Below are positions 18,850 through 28,242 of a stretch of DNA of 64,000 nt, one piece after another. The position numbers and the translations under genes were made by a program. The first letter of the stretch is position 1. Each line of letters opens with the position of its first letter. The stretch spans positions 1,312,001 to 1,376,000 of the forward strand of contig OZ245817.1 of assembly GCA_965228475.1 (NCBI GenBank), in the 5' to 3' direction. This DNA is from Myxococcota bacterium. Lineage in GTDB: Bacteria; Myxococcota_A; UBA9160; JAFDDA01. The notes beneath the pieces were generated by a model. It saw only the letters and a program-made list of their open reading frames with translations. It was not told the DNA's origin and made no database searches.

Positions 18850-19979
18850 TGGCGAAGGCAGCGAAGACATCCAAGGCCAAGGCCAAGGCCAAGGCCAAGG
18901 CCAAGGCGGGGCGCGGCAGGTCCGCCGGCCGCCCCGCGAACGTCCCCGCGCGCCTGGACCGCGCCCGGCTCGAACGCCTGCTCGACCGCTTCGAGGACGC
19001 CGAGATCCTGGTCGTCGGCGACGTCGTGCTCGACGAATACCTCTGGGGCGAAGTCGACCGCGTGAGCCCCGAGGCGCCGGTGCCGGTCGTGCACCTGCGC
19101 GACGAGTCGACGGTGCTGGGCGGTGCGGGCAACGTCGTCCGCAACGTCGTGGCCCTCGGCGGCCGCTCGCGCTTCTGCTCTGTGGTCGGCGACGACGCCG
19201 CGGGCGCCCGCGTGCTCGATCTCCTGAAGGAGCTCGACGTCGACGTCGACGGCACCATCGTCGTCGAGGGCCGGCCGACGACGCGCAAGAGCCGCGTCGT
19301 GGCCCGCTCCCAGCAGGTCGTCCGCTTCGACCGGGAGACGGTCGATCCGATCCCCGCTCCCGCCGTCCGCGCGCTCCTCGGGGCGCTCGACGCGGCGCTC
19401 CCGAGCGCGGACGCGGCCGTCCTCGAGGACTACGCGAAGGGCCTCCTGACGCGCAAGACCATCGGCCAGGTGATGAAGCGCCTGCGCGCTGCGAAGGTGC
19501 CCGTCGCCGTCGATCCGAAGCACGACCTCGCGAGCTTCCGCGGTGCTTCGCTGCTCAAGCCGAACGTCCGCGAGACCGAGGCGCTGACGGGCATCGAGAT
19601 CCACGACGGCGAGACGCTCGCACAGGCGGTGGGGAAGCTCCGCAAGCGCGTGGGCCCGGCCGACATCGTGGTCACGCGCGGCCCGGAAGGCATGACCTGC
19701 TTCGCCGAAGGCGAGCCCGCCGGCGTCGACGTCCACACGCTCGCGCGGGAGGTCTTCGACGTGCAGGGCGCGGGCGACACCACCATCGCCGCGCTCGAGC
19801 TCGTTCGGGCGGTCGGCGGGAGCCTGCTCGAAGCGGCGGTCATCGCCAACGCCGCGGCCGGCGTCGTGGTGGGGAAGATCGGAACCGCCACGGTCACCCG
19901 CGACGAGATCCGCGAGATCCTTCCGAGCGCGATCGCCGCGGCCCAGGACCGGCCGCAGGGCCGCAGGAGCCGACGTTGA
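18849..19979 (+). CDS. rfaE1: D-glycero-beta-D-manno-heptose-7-phosphate kinase (RfaE domain I only)
   Basis: VGDVVLDEY, RVSPEAPVPV, LGGAGNV, DYAKG, VDPK, DVQGAGDT, KIGTA; no adenylyltransferase domain. Confidence 0.92.
   Translation: MAKAAKTSKAKAKAKAKAKAGRGRSAGRPANVPARLDRARLERLLDRFEDAEILVVGDVVLDEYLWGEVDRVSPEAPVPVVHLRDESTVLGGAGNVVRNVVALGGRSRFCSVVGDDAAGARVLDLLKELDVDVDGTIVVEGRPTTRKSRVVARSQQVVRFDRETVDPIPAPAVRALLGALDAALPSADAAVLEDYAKGLLTRKTIGQVMKRLRAAKVPVAVDPKHDLASFRGASLLKPNVRETEALTGIEIHDGETLAQAVGKLRKRVGPADIVVTRGPEGMTCFAEGEPAGVDVHTLAREVFDVQGAGDTTIAALELVRAVGGSLLEAAVIANAAAGVVVGKIGTATVTRDEIREILPSAIAAAQDRPQGRRSRR
18871..18906 (+). repeat. (CCAAGG)6 microsatellite encoding Lys-Ala repeats
   Basis: Six perfect hexamers read directly; peptide SKAKAKAKAKAKAG. 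Confidence 0.95.
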
Positions 19980-20013
19980 TTCGCCGCCGTGGAAGGAGCC
20001 GACGTTGATTCGC
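19965..20013 (+). repeat. 20-bp direct repeat (29-bp period) of the SD + TTGA junction; encloses mini-ORF 19976-20008
   Basis: AGGAGCCGACGTTGATTCGC at 19965-19984 and 19994-20013. Confidence 0.92.
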
Positions 20014-20895
20014 AGCATGACCGGTTTCGGGCGCGCGGCCTTCGAACTCTCGGGTACGACCTTCGAGGTCGAGGTCCGCTCGGTGAACCACCGCTACCTG
20101 GACCAGCGGGTGAAGCTCCCGCGGGTGCTCGCGGGCCTCGAGGCCGAGGTGCGCGAACTCGTCCAGGGCCGCTTCGGCCGGGGCAAGGTGGAACTCGTCG
20201 TCTCGGCGCCGTCGAGCGGGTCGGCCGCCGCCGCCGTGCGGGTCGATTTCGACGCCGCCGCGCGCTACGCCGACGCCGCCCGGGAGCTCGCGGAGCGCCA
20301 CGGAGGCGCCGCCGAAGTGGACGCCGCGACGCTGCTCGCCCTGCCCGGCGTCTCGCGCGTGGTCGAAACGGACCTCGACCCGGCCGAGGCCGCCCCGGTT
20401 CTGCTGCGTGGCGTCGAGCAGGCGCTCGACGCGGCGGGGAAGATGCGCGACGCCGAGGGAGCGGGCCTCGATGCCGAGTTCCGTTCCCGCCTCGGACGGA
20501 TTACGACCCTCGTCGACGAACTCGACGCGCGCTCGAGCATCGTCCAGGACGCCGTGCGCGAGCGGCTGCGCAAGCGTGCCCGTGAGCTCGAGACCGAGAC
20601 GGGTCTTCTCGACGAAGCGCGGCTCCACCAGGAGATCGTCTTCGCCGCCGACCGCCTCGACGTCTCCGAGGAGCTCTCGCGCCTGCGCAGCCACATCGGC
20701 CAGTTCCTCTCGACCCTCGACGAGGCGCAGCCGGGCGCGCCGGTCGGCCGCCGCCTCGACTTCCTGCTGCAGGAGATCGGCCGCGAGAGCAATACGGTCG
20801 GCAGCAAGGCCAACGATTCGGAGCTCGCCCACCGCGTGGTCGAGCTGAAGACGGAACACGAACGCATCCGGGAGCAGGTCCAGAATGTCGAGTAG
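20005..20895 (+). CDS. yicC: YicC/YloC family endoribonuclease
   Basis: SMTGFG, RSVNHRYLD, DVSEELSRL, GRRLDFLLQE..RESNTVGSK, REQVQNVE. Confidence 0.95.
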   Translation: MIRSMTGFGRAAFELSGTTFEVEVRSVNHRYLDQRVKLPRVLAGLEAEVRELVQGRFGRGKVELVVSAPSSGSAAAAVRVDFDAAARYADAARELAERHGGAAEVDAATLLALPGVSRVVETDLDPAEAAPVLLRGVEQALDAAGKMRDAEGAGLDAEFRSRLGRITTLVDELDARSSIVQDAVRERLRKRARELETETGLLDEARLHQEIVFAADRLDVSEELSRLRSHIGQFLSTLDEAQPGAPVGRRLDFLLQEIGRESNTVGSKANDSELAHRVVELKTEHERIREQVQNVE

Positions 20896-20920
20896 TGGGG
20901 GGAAGGAGGCCGCGCGGCGG

Positions 20921-21214
20921 ATGGCGCGCGTGCGGCCGAAGACGGGGGAAGAGCCGGAGGCGCGGGTCCCGAGCCTGCTGAACGTCGGCTACGGGAATCT
21001 CGTGGCGAGCGTCCGCGTGGTCGCCGTCGTGAACGCCCAGAGCGCACCGATGCGGCGTCTGCGGGAAGAGGCCGGCGCGCGCGGGAAGCTCGTCGACGCC
21101 ACCCAGGGGCGCCGCACCCGCAGCATCGTCGTCACGGACAGCGACCACGTCGTCCTTTCCGCGATCAACCCGGACACGCTCGCGGCACGGCTGGCGGCGG
21201 AGGACGGGGCGTGA
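20921..21214 (+). CDS. remA: DUF370 / RemA-family protein (alternative start 20885)
   Basis: LLNVGYGNLV, SAPMRRL, LVDATQGRRTRSIVVTDSDHVVLSA; yicC-DUF370-gmk synteny. Confidence 0.88.
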   Translation: MARVRPKTGEEPEARVPSLLNVGYGNLVASVRVVAVVNAQSAPMRRLREEAGARGKLVDATQGRRTRSIVVTDSDHVVLSAINPDTLAARLAAEDGA

Positions 21215-21249
21215 GCCGGGCGTCCTGCAAGGGCCCGGAGCGCGCATGA
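21211..21249 (+). other. 12-codon bridging mini-ORF (MSRASCKGPERA*)
   Basis: GTG overlaps remA TGA; its TGA overlaps gmk ATG. Confidence 0.45.
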
Positions 21250-21923
21250 CCGAGGCGGGCCGCCCCGGGCGCCGCCGCGGCATTCCCTTCGTCGTTTCGG
21301 CCCCCTCGGGCACGGGCAAGACCACGGTCTGTCACGCCCTCGTCGCGGCCGACGAGGGCCTCGAGTTCTCGGTCTCGCACACGACGCGGAGCCCGCGGCC
21401 CGGGGAGCGCGACGGCGTCGACTACCACTTCGTCGACGGCGAGACGTTCCTGGCCCTCGTGAAGGAGGAGCGCTTCCTCGAGCACGCCGAGTACAACGGC
21501 CGCCTCTACGGAACGAGCCACGACGCCCTCGACCGCGCCCTCGACGCCGGGCGCGACGTGCTGCTCGAGATCGAGGTCCAGGGCGCGGCGCAGATCCGCG
21601 AGCGCCGGGCCGACGCCCGCTTCGTCTTCCTCGTCCCGCCGTCCCTGGCTTCGCTCGAAGCCCGCCTGCGCGGCCGGGGGACCGACCCGCCGGAGACGAT
21701 CGCCCGCCGGCTCGCCATCGCCACCAACGAGCTCGCCGCCGTGAAGCGCTTCGACTACGTGGTCGTGAACGACGATCTCGAGTCGGCCATCGCCGCGGTC
21801 GCCGAGATCCTGGCGGCCGAGCGGGCCGGGGAGCGCGGGGAGGTCGTGGCCCGCTACGGCCGCGAGACGGCGCTCGCCCGGCGCTCGGGTGCCCTGGCCG
21901 AACTCCCCGCCGCCGAGGGCTAG
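21246..21923 (+). CDS. gmk: Guanylate kinase
   Basis: SAPSGTGKTT, SVSHTTRSPRPGERDGVDYHF, YGT, EIEVQGA, FDYVVVND. Confidence 0.96.
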   Translation: MTEAGRPGRRRGIPFVVSAPSGTGKTTVCHALVAADEGLEFSVSHTTRSPRPGERDGVDYHFVDGETFLALVKEERFLEHAEYNGRLYGTSHDALDRALDAGRDVLLEIEVQGAAQIRERRADARFVFLVPPSLASLEARLRGRGTDPPETIARRLAIATNELAAVKRFDYVVVNDDLESAIAAVAEILAAERAGERGEVVARYGRETALARRSGALAELPAAEG

Positions 21924-21963
21924 CGGGCCCGATTGCCAGCCCGCGCCGGGCTCGGCTACCCTG

Positions 21964-24147
21964 ATGGAAATGCCCGAAGTAAAAGGGAAAACTCGGCGAG
22001 CGCTGCCGCGATTCAACGACATCGCGGACCGCGTGCTCGAGTACAACCCGCACGGCAGCCTCGAACTCCTCCAGAAGGCCTACGTCTTCTCGGCCAAGGT
22101 GCACGAAGGTCAGGAGCGGCTCTCGGGCGAGCCCTACCTCGTCCACCCCATCGCCGTGGCCCAGATCCTCGCGAACATGCGGCTCGACGAGGTCACGGTC
22201 GCCGCCGGCCTGCTGCACGACACGATCGAAGACACCCTGGCGACGGCCGAAGAGCTGCGGGAACTCTTCGGCCCCGAGGTCACCTTCCTCGTCGAGGGCC
22301 TCACCAAGATCGCGCGCGTCGAGTTCACCTCGGACCGCGAACGTCAGGCCGAGAACTTCCGCAAGATGCTCGTCGCGATGTCGAAGGACATCCGCATCCT
22401 GCTCATCAAGCTCGCCGACCGGCTCCACAACATGCGCACCCTCGGCTTCATGAAGGCCGAGTCCGCCCGCCGGATCGCCACCGAGACGCGCGAGATCTAC
22501 GCGCCCCTGGCCCACCGCCTCGGGATCGATTGGATGAAGCGCGAGCTCGAGGACCACGCCTTCCGGACGCTCCACCCGGACCTCGTGAAGGACCTCGAAG
22601 ACCGGCTCGCGACCGTCCGGAAGGAGCGCGAGACTTACATCGAAGAGGTGATCGGGGTGCTCTCGGAGAAGCTCGCCGGTGCGGGCCTGAAGGCCGAGGT
22701 GACCGGCCGCGTGAAGGATCTCGCCTCGATCCACGCGAAGATGGAGAGCCAGGGCCTCGACCTCGAGCAGCTCTACGACGTGATCGCCTTCCGCATCGTG
22801 CTCGACGGCCCGGACGAGTCCGTCTACACCACCCTCGGGCTGATCCACGGGATGTGGCGGCCGATCCCGGGCCGCTTCAAGGACTACGTCGCCCTGCCGA
22901 AGCCCAACGGCTACCAGTCCCTGCACACCGCCGTGATCGGCGCCTACGGCGAGCGCATGGAGGTGCAGATCCGCACGCTCGAGATGCACCGCGCGGCGGA
23001 GCTCGGCATCGCCGCCCACTGGAAGTACAAGGAAGGGCGCGTCGGCGAGGACGCCGACGGCGAGCGGCAGTTCGCCTGGCTGCGCCAGCTCCTCGAGTGG
23101 CAGCGCGAACTCAGCGACCCGCACGAGTTCCTCGACACGGTCACGGTCGACCTCTTCCCCGACCAGGTCTTCGTCTTCACGCCGCGCGGCGAGGTGCTGA
23201 CGGTGCCGACGGGCGGCACGCCGGTCGACTTCGCCTACGCGATCCACAGCGAGGTCGGCGCCCACTGCGCCGGCGCCAAGGTGAACGGCAAGATGGTGCC
23301 CCTGCGCCACGTCCTCGAGGACGGCGACACCGTCGAGATCCTGACGAGCCAGGCCCAGGTGCCGCGCAAGGATTGGCTGGACTTCGTCGTCTCCGGGAAG
23401 GCGCGGAGCCGGATCCGCCACGCCATCCGCGCCTCCGAGCGCGAGCGCAGCCGGAACCTCGGCCGCGAGATGCTCGAACGCGAGCTCCGGCGCGCGGGGA
23501 TGTCGCTCGCCCGCATGCTCGAACGCGACGAGCTCTCGGAGATCGCCTCGAAGGAGACGCGCGGCGGGTCGATCGACGACCTCTTCGCCGCCGTCGGCTT
23601 CGGGCGCATCCCGGCGGCGAAGCTCGTGAAGAAGCTCGCCGGGGTCGAGGAGCCCGAGCCTGCGCCGCCGCGCCGGAGCCTCTTCCGGCGTCCGAAGCCG
23701 CCCACGAACTCGGGCATCCGCGTCTCGGGCTACGGCGACGTGCTCGTGCGTTTCGCGCGCTGCTGCGCACCGATCCCGGGCGACGAGGTCGTCGGTTTCG
23801 TGACACGCGGGCGCGGCGTGACGGTCCACGCGAAGGGCTGCGCCAAGGTCTTCGGCCTCGACCCCGAGCGCCGCATCGACGTCGACTGGGATGCCGAGGC
23901 CGACGTCACCCACCGCATCAAGCTGCGGGTCTCCTCCTCGAACAAGCCGGGCATCCTCGCCACGGTCACGAAATCGATCTCGGCCAAGGGCGTCAACATC
24001 GAGGGCGCGCGGGTCTCGACGGGCAGCGACGGCAAGGCGATCTCCACCTTCGAGCTCTGGGTGAAGGATGCCGAGACCCTCGCCTCGGTGATGAAGGACA
24101 TCAAGCGCGTGAAGGGCGTTCTCGACGTCGAACGGGTGCGTTCGTGA
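21964..24147 (+). CDS. spoT: Bifunctional (p)ppGpp synthetase/hydrolase, long RSH
   Basis: HD domain LLHDTIED, KLADRLHNMRTL, RFKDY, YQSLHT, EVQIRT, TGS (DFAYAIHS), ARCC..PGD, C-terminal ACT. Confidence 0.95.
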   Translation: MEMPEVKGKTRRALPRFNDIADRVLEYNPHGSLELLQKAYVFSAKVHEGQERLSGEPYLVHPIAVAQILANMRLDEVTVAAGLLHDTIEDTLATAEELRELFGPEVTFLVEGLTKIARVEFTSDRERQAENFRKMLVAMSKDIRILLIKLADRLHNMRTLGFMKAESARRIATETREIYAPLAHRLGIDWMKRELEDHAFRTLHPDLVKDLEDRLATVRKERETYIEEVIGVLSEKLAGAGLKAEVTGRVKDLASIHAKMESQGLDLEQLYDVIAFRIVLDGPDESVYTTLGLIHGMWRPIPGRFKDYVALPKPNGYQSLHTAVIGAYGERMEVQIRTLEMHRAAELGIAAHWKYKEGRVGEDADGERQFAWLRQLLEWQRELSDPHEFLDTVTVDLFPDQVFVFTPRGEVLTVPTGGTPVDFAYAIHSEVGAHCAGAKVNGKMVPLRHVLEDGDTVEILTSQAQVPRKDWLDFVVSGKARSRIRHAIRASERERSRNLGREMLERELRRAGMSLARMLERDELSEIASKETRGGSIDDLFAAVGFGRIPAAKLVKKLAGVEEPEPAPPRRSLFRRPKPPTNSGIRVSGYGDVLVRFARCCAPIPGDEVVGFVTRGRGVTVHAKGCAKVFGLDPERRIDVDWDAEADVTHRIKLRVSSSNKPGILATVTKSISAKGVNIEGARVSTGSDGKAISTFELWVKDAETLASVMKDIKRVKGVLDVERVRS

Positions 24148-24956
24148 GCGAAGGCGGCAGCGCAGCGCTTCCGGTGAGCGTCTGCATCATCGCTTGCAAC
24201 GAGGAAGCGAACCTCCCGCGCTGCCTCGCCTCGACCGGCTTCGCGGCGGAGACCGTCGTCGTGGTCGATACCCGCTCGGCGGACGCCACGGAGAAGATCG
24301 CGCGCGAGGCCGGCGCCCGGGTGCTCGTCCACCCCTACGAAGGCAACGTCGAACAGAAGAGCTTCGCCCTCGCCGAGGCCAAGCACGATTGGATCCTCGC
24401 GCTCGATGCGGACGAGGCCCTCGCGCCGGGGCTCGCGCGGGAGATCGAACGGATCGTCGCGGCCGACGGCCCGGCCGACGGCTACGAGATGAACCGCCTC
24501 ACCTGGCACCTCGGGCGCTGGATTCGGCACGGCGAGTTCTACCCGGACTGGCAGCTCCGGCTCTTCCGCCGCTCGCGCGGCCGCTACGTCGGCGTGAACC
24601 CGCACGGACACGTGGAAGTGTCGGGCCGGACGGAGCGCCTCGCGGGAGACCTCGAGCACTACAGCTACCGCGACCTCGCGGATCAGGTCGCGCGCATCCA
24701 GGACTTCAGCCGCGTGCAGGCGGTGTCCATGTGGGACGCGGGCCGGCGGGCCGGCCTCTTCGACCTCACGGTGCGTCCACCCTTCCGCTTCCTGCGCGCC
24801 TACGTGCTCAAGCAGGGCTTCCGCGACGGCATGGCGGGCTTCATGATCGCCGCCGCCACCGCGTTCCACGTCTTCCTGAAGTACGCGAAGCTCTGGGAAC
24901 TCGCGCGGGACCCCGAGACGCGCGGCGAAGCGCCCTCCGGGAAGGCCGGCGCGTAG
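24144..24956 (+). CDS. Glycosyltransferase family 2 (LPS core beta-1,4-glucosyltransferase-like)
   Basis: IIACNEE, WILALDADE, YPDWQLRLF, FLRAYVLKQGFRDG, FLKYAKLWE; GTGA overlap. Confidence 0.88.
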   Translation: MSEGGSAALPVSVCIIACNEEANLPRCLASTGFAAETVVVVDTRSADATEKIAREAGARVLVHPYEGNVEQKSFALAEAKHDWILALDADEALAPGLAREIERIVAADGPADGYEMNRLTWHLGRWIRHGEFYPDWQLRLFRRSRGRYVGVNPHGHVEVSGRTERLAGDLEHYSYRDLADQVARIQDFSRVQAVSMWDAGRRAGLFDLTVRPPFRFLRAYVLKQGFRDGMAGFMIAAATAFHVFLKYAKLWELARDPETRGEAPSGKAGA

Positions 24957-24963
24957 GGCGACC

Positions 24964-26106
24964 GTGCGCATCCTGCACGTCACCCACGATTGGAAGTGGA
25001 CGGGCCCCGCCGAGCCGATGCTCCGCCTCGCCCTGGCGCTCCGGGAGCGCGGCCACGAGACGGCCATCGCCTGCCCCGAGCCGCCGAGCCCCGAGCGGCG
25101 CTCGCTGGCGGGGGAAGCGCGCGCGGCCGGCATCGCTCCCGCCTGCACGCTCTCCGGAGGGCGCGGACCCGCGGGCCTCGGCTCGGGAGCGGACGTGGCT
25201 TCGCTGCGCGCGTTCACCGATGAGTTCGGCCCGGACGTCGTCCACGCCTGGCACACGCGCGACCATCTGCTGGCCTGGCGTGCGCTGCGGACCCGGCGGG
25301 CCGCGGGCGCGACTTCGCTCGTCCGCTCCTACCGCTCGGCGGAGCGGGTCGCGGCCACGCCGCAGAACCGCTGGCTGCTCGGGCCGGCGGCCGACGCGGT
25401 GCTCTTCCCCTCGCCCGAGACCGCCCGCCGAAACGCTTCCCTGCGCGGCGGGCGTGCCCTCGCCGGGCACTTCGGCGCCGTCGACCCGACGCGCTTCTTC
25501 CCCAAGGCGCCGGACCCGGGCGTGCGTGCGCGGCTCGGGATCGAGCCCCAGCATCGCGTGGTCGGCCTGGTCGCCCGGGCCCAGCGCCACCGGCGCTTCG
25601 ATTTGCTGCTCGCTGCCGCCAAGCGCCTGTTCGAGGAAGTCCCGGATGCGCGCCTCCTCGTCATCGGGCGCGGGACGCACCAGGAAGAAGTGGCGAAGGC
25701 GCCGGCGCGGGAGCTCGGCATCGCGGACCGCGTGCTCTTCCCCGGCTACGTCTCCGACGACTACGCCGAGGTGCTCCGCCAGATCGAGGTGATGACCTTT
25801 CTCGTCCCGGGCTCGGACGGAACCTGCCGGGCCCTGCTCGAAGCCGCCGCCTGCGCGATCCCTGCCGTAGTGACGGAGCGGGGCGCGCTCCCGGAGATCG
25901 TGCTCCATCGCGAGACCGGGCTCGTCGTGCCCGAGGAGCCCGCGGCGCTCGCCGGCGCGTGGCGGGAGCTGCTCGACGACCCCGAGCGCCGCGGCGATTT
26001 CGGCCGCGCCGCCTACGAGCGCGCCCAGGCGGAGTTCACGCCGGGCCGGTTCGCGGACGTCGTCGAGGGGGTCTATCGCGGCCTGCGGGAAGGGAAGGGC
26101 GCGTAG
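24964..26106 (+). CDS. Glycosyltransferase family 4
   Basis: MRILHV, GT-B C-terminal motif LLEAAACAIPAVVTERGALPEIV..ETGLVV. Confidence 0.87.
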   Translation: MRILHVTHDWKWTGPAEPMLRLALALRERGHETAIACPEPPSPERRSLAGEARAAGIAPACTLSGGRGPAGLGSGADVASLRAFTDEFGPDVVHAWHTRDHLLAWRALRTRRAAGATSLVRSYRSAERVAATPQNRWLLGPAADAVLFPSPETARRNASLRGGRALAGHFGAVDPTRFFPKAPDPGVRARLGIEPQHRVVGLVARAQRHRRFDLLLAAAKRLFEEVPDARLLVIGRGTHQEEVAKAPARELGIADRVLFPGYVSDDYAEVLRQIEVMTFLVPGSDGTCRALLEAAACAIPAVVTERGALPEIVLHRETGLVVPEEPAALAGAWRELLDDPERRGDFGRAAYERAQAEFTPGRFADVVEGVYRGLREGKGA

Positions 26107-26143
26107 GGCTTCGCCCTTTTCGCCGGGCCGTCGGACCGCCGCG

Positions 26144-27913
26144 TTAGGGCGTGGTGCCCTGGAGCCCGACGAGATCCCGGTAGAGCCCTTCCTCGGCCAT
26201 CAGCTCTTCGTGGGTGCCGACGCGCGAGACGCGGCCCTCTTCGAGCACGACGATCTTGTCCGCGTGGCGCACCGTCGAGAGCCGGTGGGCGATCACGAAG
26301 GCCGTGCGGCCCTCGAGGAGTGCGTCGATCGCATTCTGGACCAGCCGTTCGCTCTTCGCGTCGAGGGCGCTCGTGGCCTCGTCGAAGATCAGCACGTCCG
26401 GGTTCTTCAGGATCGCGCGGGCGATGGTGATGCGCTGGCGCTGGCCGCCGGAGAGCTTTGCGCCGGCTTCGCCGACGTCGGTGTTCCAGCCGTCGGGCAG
26501 CGTGTCGATGAACTCGTCGACGTGCGCGGCGCGGGCGGCCTCGGCGACCTCTTCGTCGCTGGCCCCCGGCCTGCCGTACCGCACGTTCTCGCGGATCGTT
26601 CCCGAGAAGAGGAACGCCTCCTGGGTCACGACGGCGACGCGCTCGAGCAGCGAGTCGCGTTCGATCCGGCGAAGGTCGACCCCGTCGATGCGGATGCTCC
26701 CGTGCTGGGGGTCGTGGAAGCGCAGGAGCAGGTCGACCAGGGTCGTCTTGCCCGAGCCGGTCCGGCCGACGAGGGCGATCGTCTCGCCGGCCGCGGCGCG
26801 CAGGTTCACGTCCTGCAGCACCGGCTCGCGGCCGTAGGAGAAGGTGAGGTCCGTGATTTCGATGCCTTCGCGGATCGGGCCGATCCGCACGGAGTCCGCC
26901 GCGTCGACCACGCCCGGGTCTTCGTCGAGCACCTCGAAGAAGCGCTGGGCCGAGGGCAGGGCTTCCTGGAGCTGGGTCCAGCCCTTGGTGAGGAGCTTCA
27001 TCGGCCGGTAGGTCGTGAGCAGGACCGTCGCGAAGGCCAGCACGGTCCCGGGGGTGAGACCGAGCATCTCCTGCTGCACGCACCAGACGCCCACCAGGAG
27101 CACGCTGATGTTCATGACGTTGTTCAGCAGCTCGACCGAGGTGTGGGAGGACACGCGCGCCAGGATCACTCGCATGTGGCGGCGGAACAGTTTGTGGTTC
27201 TGGCGCTGGAAGGCGGCCTCTTCGGCTTCTTCGGCGCGGAAGGCCTTGATCACCTTGATGCCCGAGAGGATCTGGAGGAGCCGCTGGGTGACGTCCCCCA
27301 TCTGGGCCTGCCGCTTGCGCGCACCGCGTTCGATGCGGTTGCCGAAGAACGCGATCACCCCGATCAGGAAGGGCGCCACGAGCAGGCTGAGCAGCGTGAG
27401 TTGCCAGGAGATGAAGAGCAGCGTGCCCAAGCCCGCGGCCAGGCCGATCACCGATTGCGCGACGTCGCTCAGGAAGACGTTCAGGGCGCGGTGGGCGCGG
27501 CCGACGTCGTTCAGCGCGCGGGAGAGGATGTCGCCGCGGCTGCGGTCGTGGTGGAAGGCGAGCGGGAGGGCCAGGAGCTTTCCGCACAGCGTCCGCTGGA
27601 TGTCCATCAGGATCCGGCCGAGCGTGTACTCGACCAGGTAGTCCTTGCCGAAGTGGCCGATGGGCAGGGCCACGATCACCACGCCGATCAGCAGGGCGAG
27701 GGTCTCGATGCTCTGCCCGGCGATCATGACGTCGTCGAGGATCGGCTTCAGCAGGTAGGCGCGGAGGTTCCGTGAGCCCGAGTAGAGCGCCGCGAAGACC
27801 ATCGCGAGCGCGATGATGCCGAGGAAGGGGCGCGCGAAGCCGAGCAGCCGGCGGAAGACGACGCGGCGTCCGAGCCGCGAAGGGGCGGCGGGAGCGTCCT
27901 CCGAGGGAGACAC
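26144..27913 (-). CDS. msbA: MsbA-like fused ABC exporter (start uncertain: GTG 27913 or CTG 27970)
   Basis: TMD plus GRTGSGKTT, LSGGQRQRITIARAILKNP, DEATSALD, IAHRLST; LPS-cluster context. Confidence 0.78.
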   Translation of the reverse strand: MSPSEDAPAAPSRLGRRVVFRRLLGFARPFLGIIALAMVFAALYSGSRNLRAYLLKPILDDVMIAGQSIETLALLIGVVIVALPIGHFGKDYLVEYTLGRILMDIQRTLCGKLLALPLAFHHDRSRGDILSRALNDVGRAHRALNVFLSDVAQSVIGLAAGLGTLLFISWQLTLLSLLVAPFLIGVIAFFGNRIERGARKRQAQMGDVTQRLLQILSGIKVIKAFRAEEAEEAAFQRQNHKLFRRHMRVILARVSSHTSVELLNNVMNISVLLVGVWCVQQEMLGLTPGTVLAFATVLLTTYRPMKLLTKGWTQLQEALPSAQRFFEVLDEDPGVVDAADSVRIGPIREGIEITDLTFSYGREPVLQDVNLRAAAGETIALVGRTGSGKTTLVDLLLRFHDPQHGSIRIDGVDLRRIERDSLLERVAVVTQEAFLFSGTIRENVRYGRPGASDEEVAEAARAAHVDEFIDTLPDGWNTDVGEAGAKLSGGQRQRITIARAILKNPDVLIFDEATSALDAKSERLVQNAIDALLEGRTAFVIAHRLSTVRHADKIVVLEEGRVSRVGTHEELMAEEGLYRDLVGLQGTTP

Positions 27914-27966
27914 CGGGGTGCCGGAGGCCGGTTGCGAGGGGTCCGAGGTGTGGGCCGAGGACGCCG

Positions 27967-28158
27967 TCAGGCGACCTTGGTGACGCGTCCGGAGCGGATG
28001 CAGCGCGTGCACACGTCGATGCGGCGCACGGTGCCCTCGACCACCGCGCGAACGCGCTGGAGGTTCGGGTGCCAGGTGCGCGACGTCTTGCGGTTCGAGT
28101 GGCTGACGTTGCGCCCCACGCGGGGACTCTTCTGGCAGACGTGGCAGACCTGGGCCAT
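27967..28158 (-). CDS. rpmB: 50S ribosomal protein L28 (four-Cys form)
   Basis: CHVCQK..GRNVSHSNRKTSRTWHPNLQ..VCTRCIRSG. Confidence 0.96.
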   Translation of the reverse strand: MAQVCHVCQKSPRVGRNVSHSNRKTSRTWHPNLQRVRAVVEGTVRRIDVCTRCIRSGRVTKVA

Positions 28159-28242
28159 GGGGCATCTCCGTTTGCGGAAACGGCTAGTTAGCCCAAGGGG
28201 AGGGCCGCCGCAAAAGCCGGCCCGGGCGGGGGGCTCTGGCCC

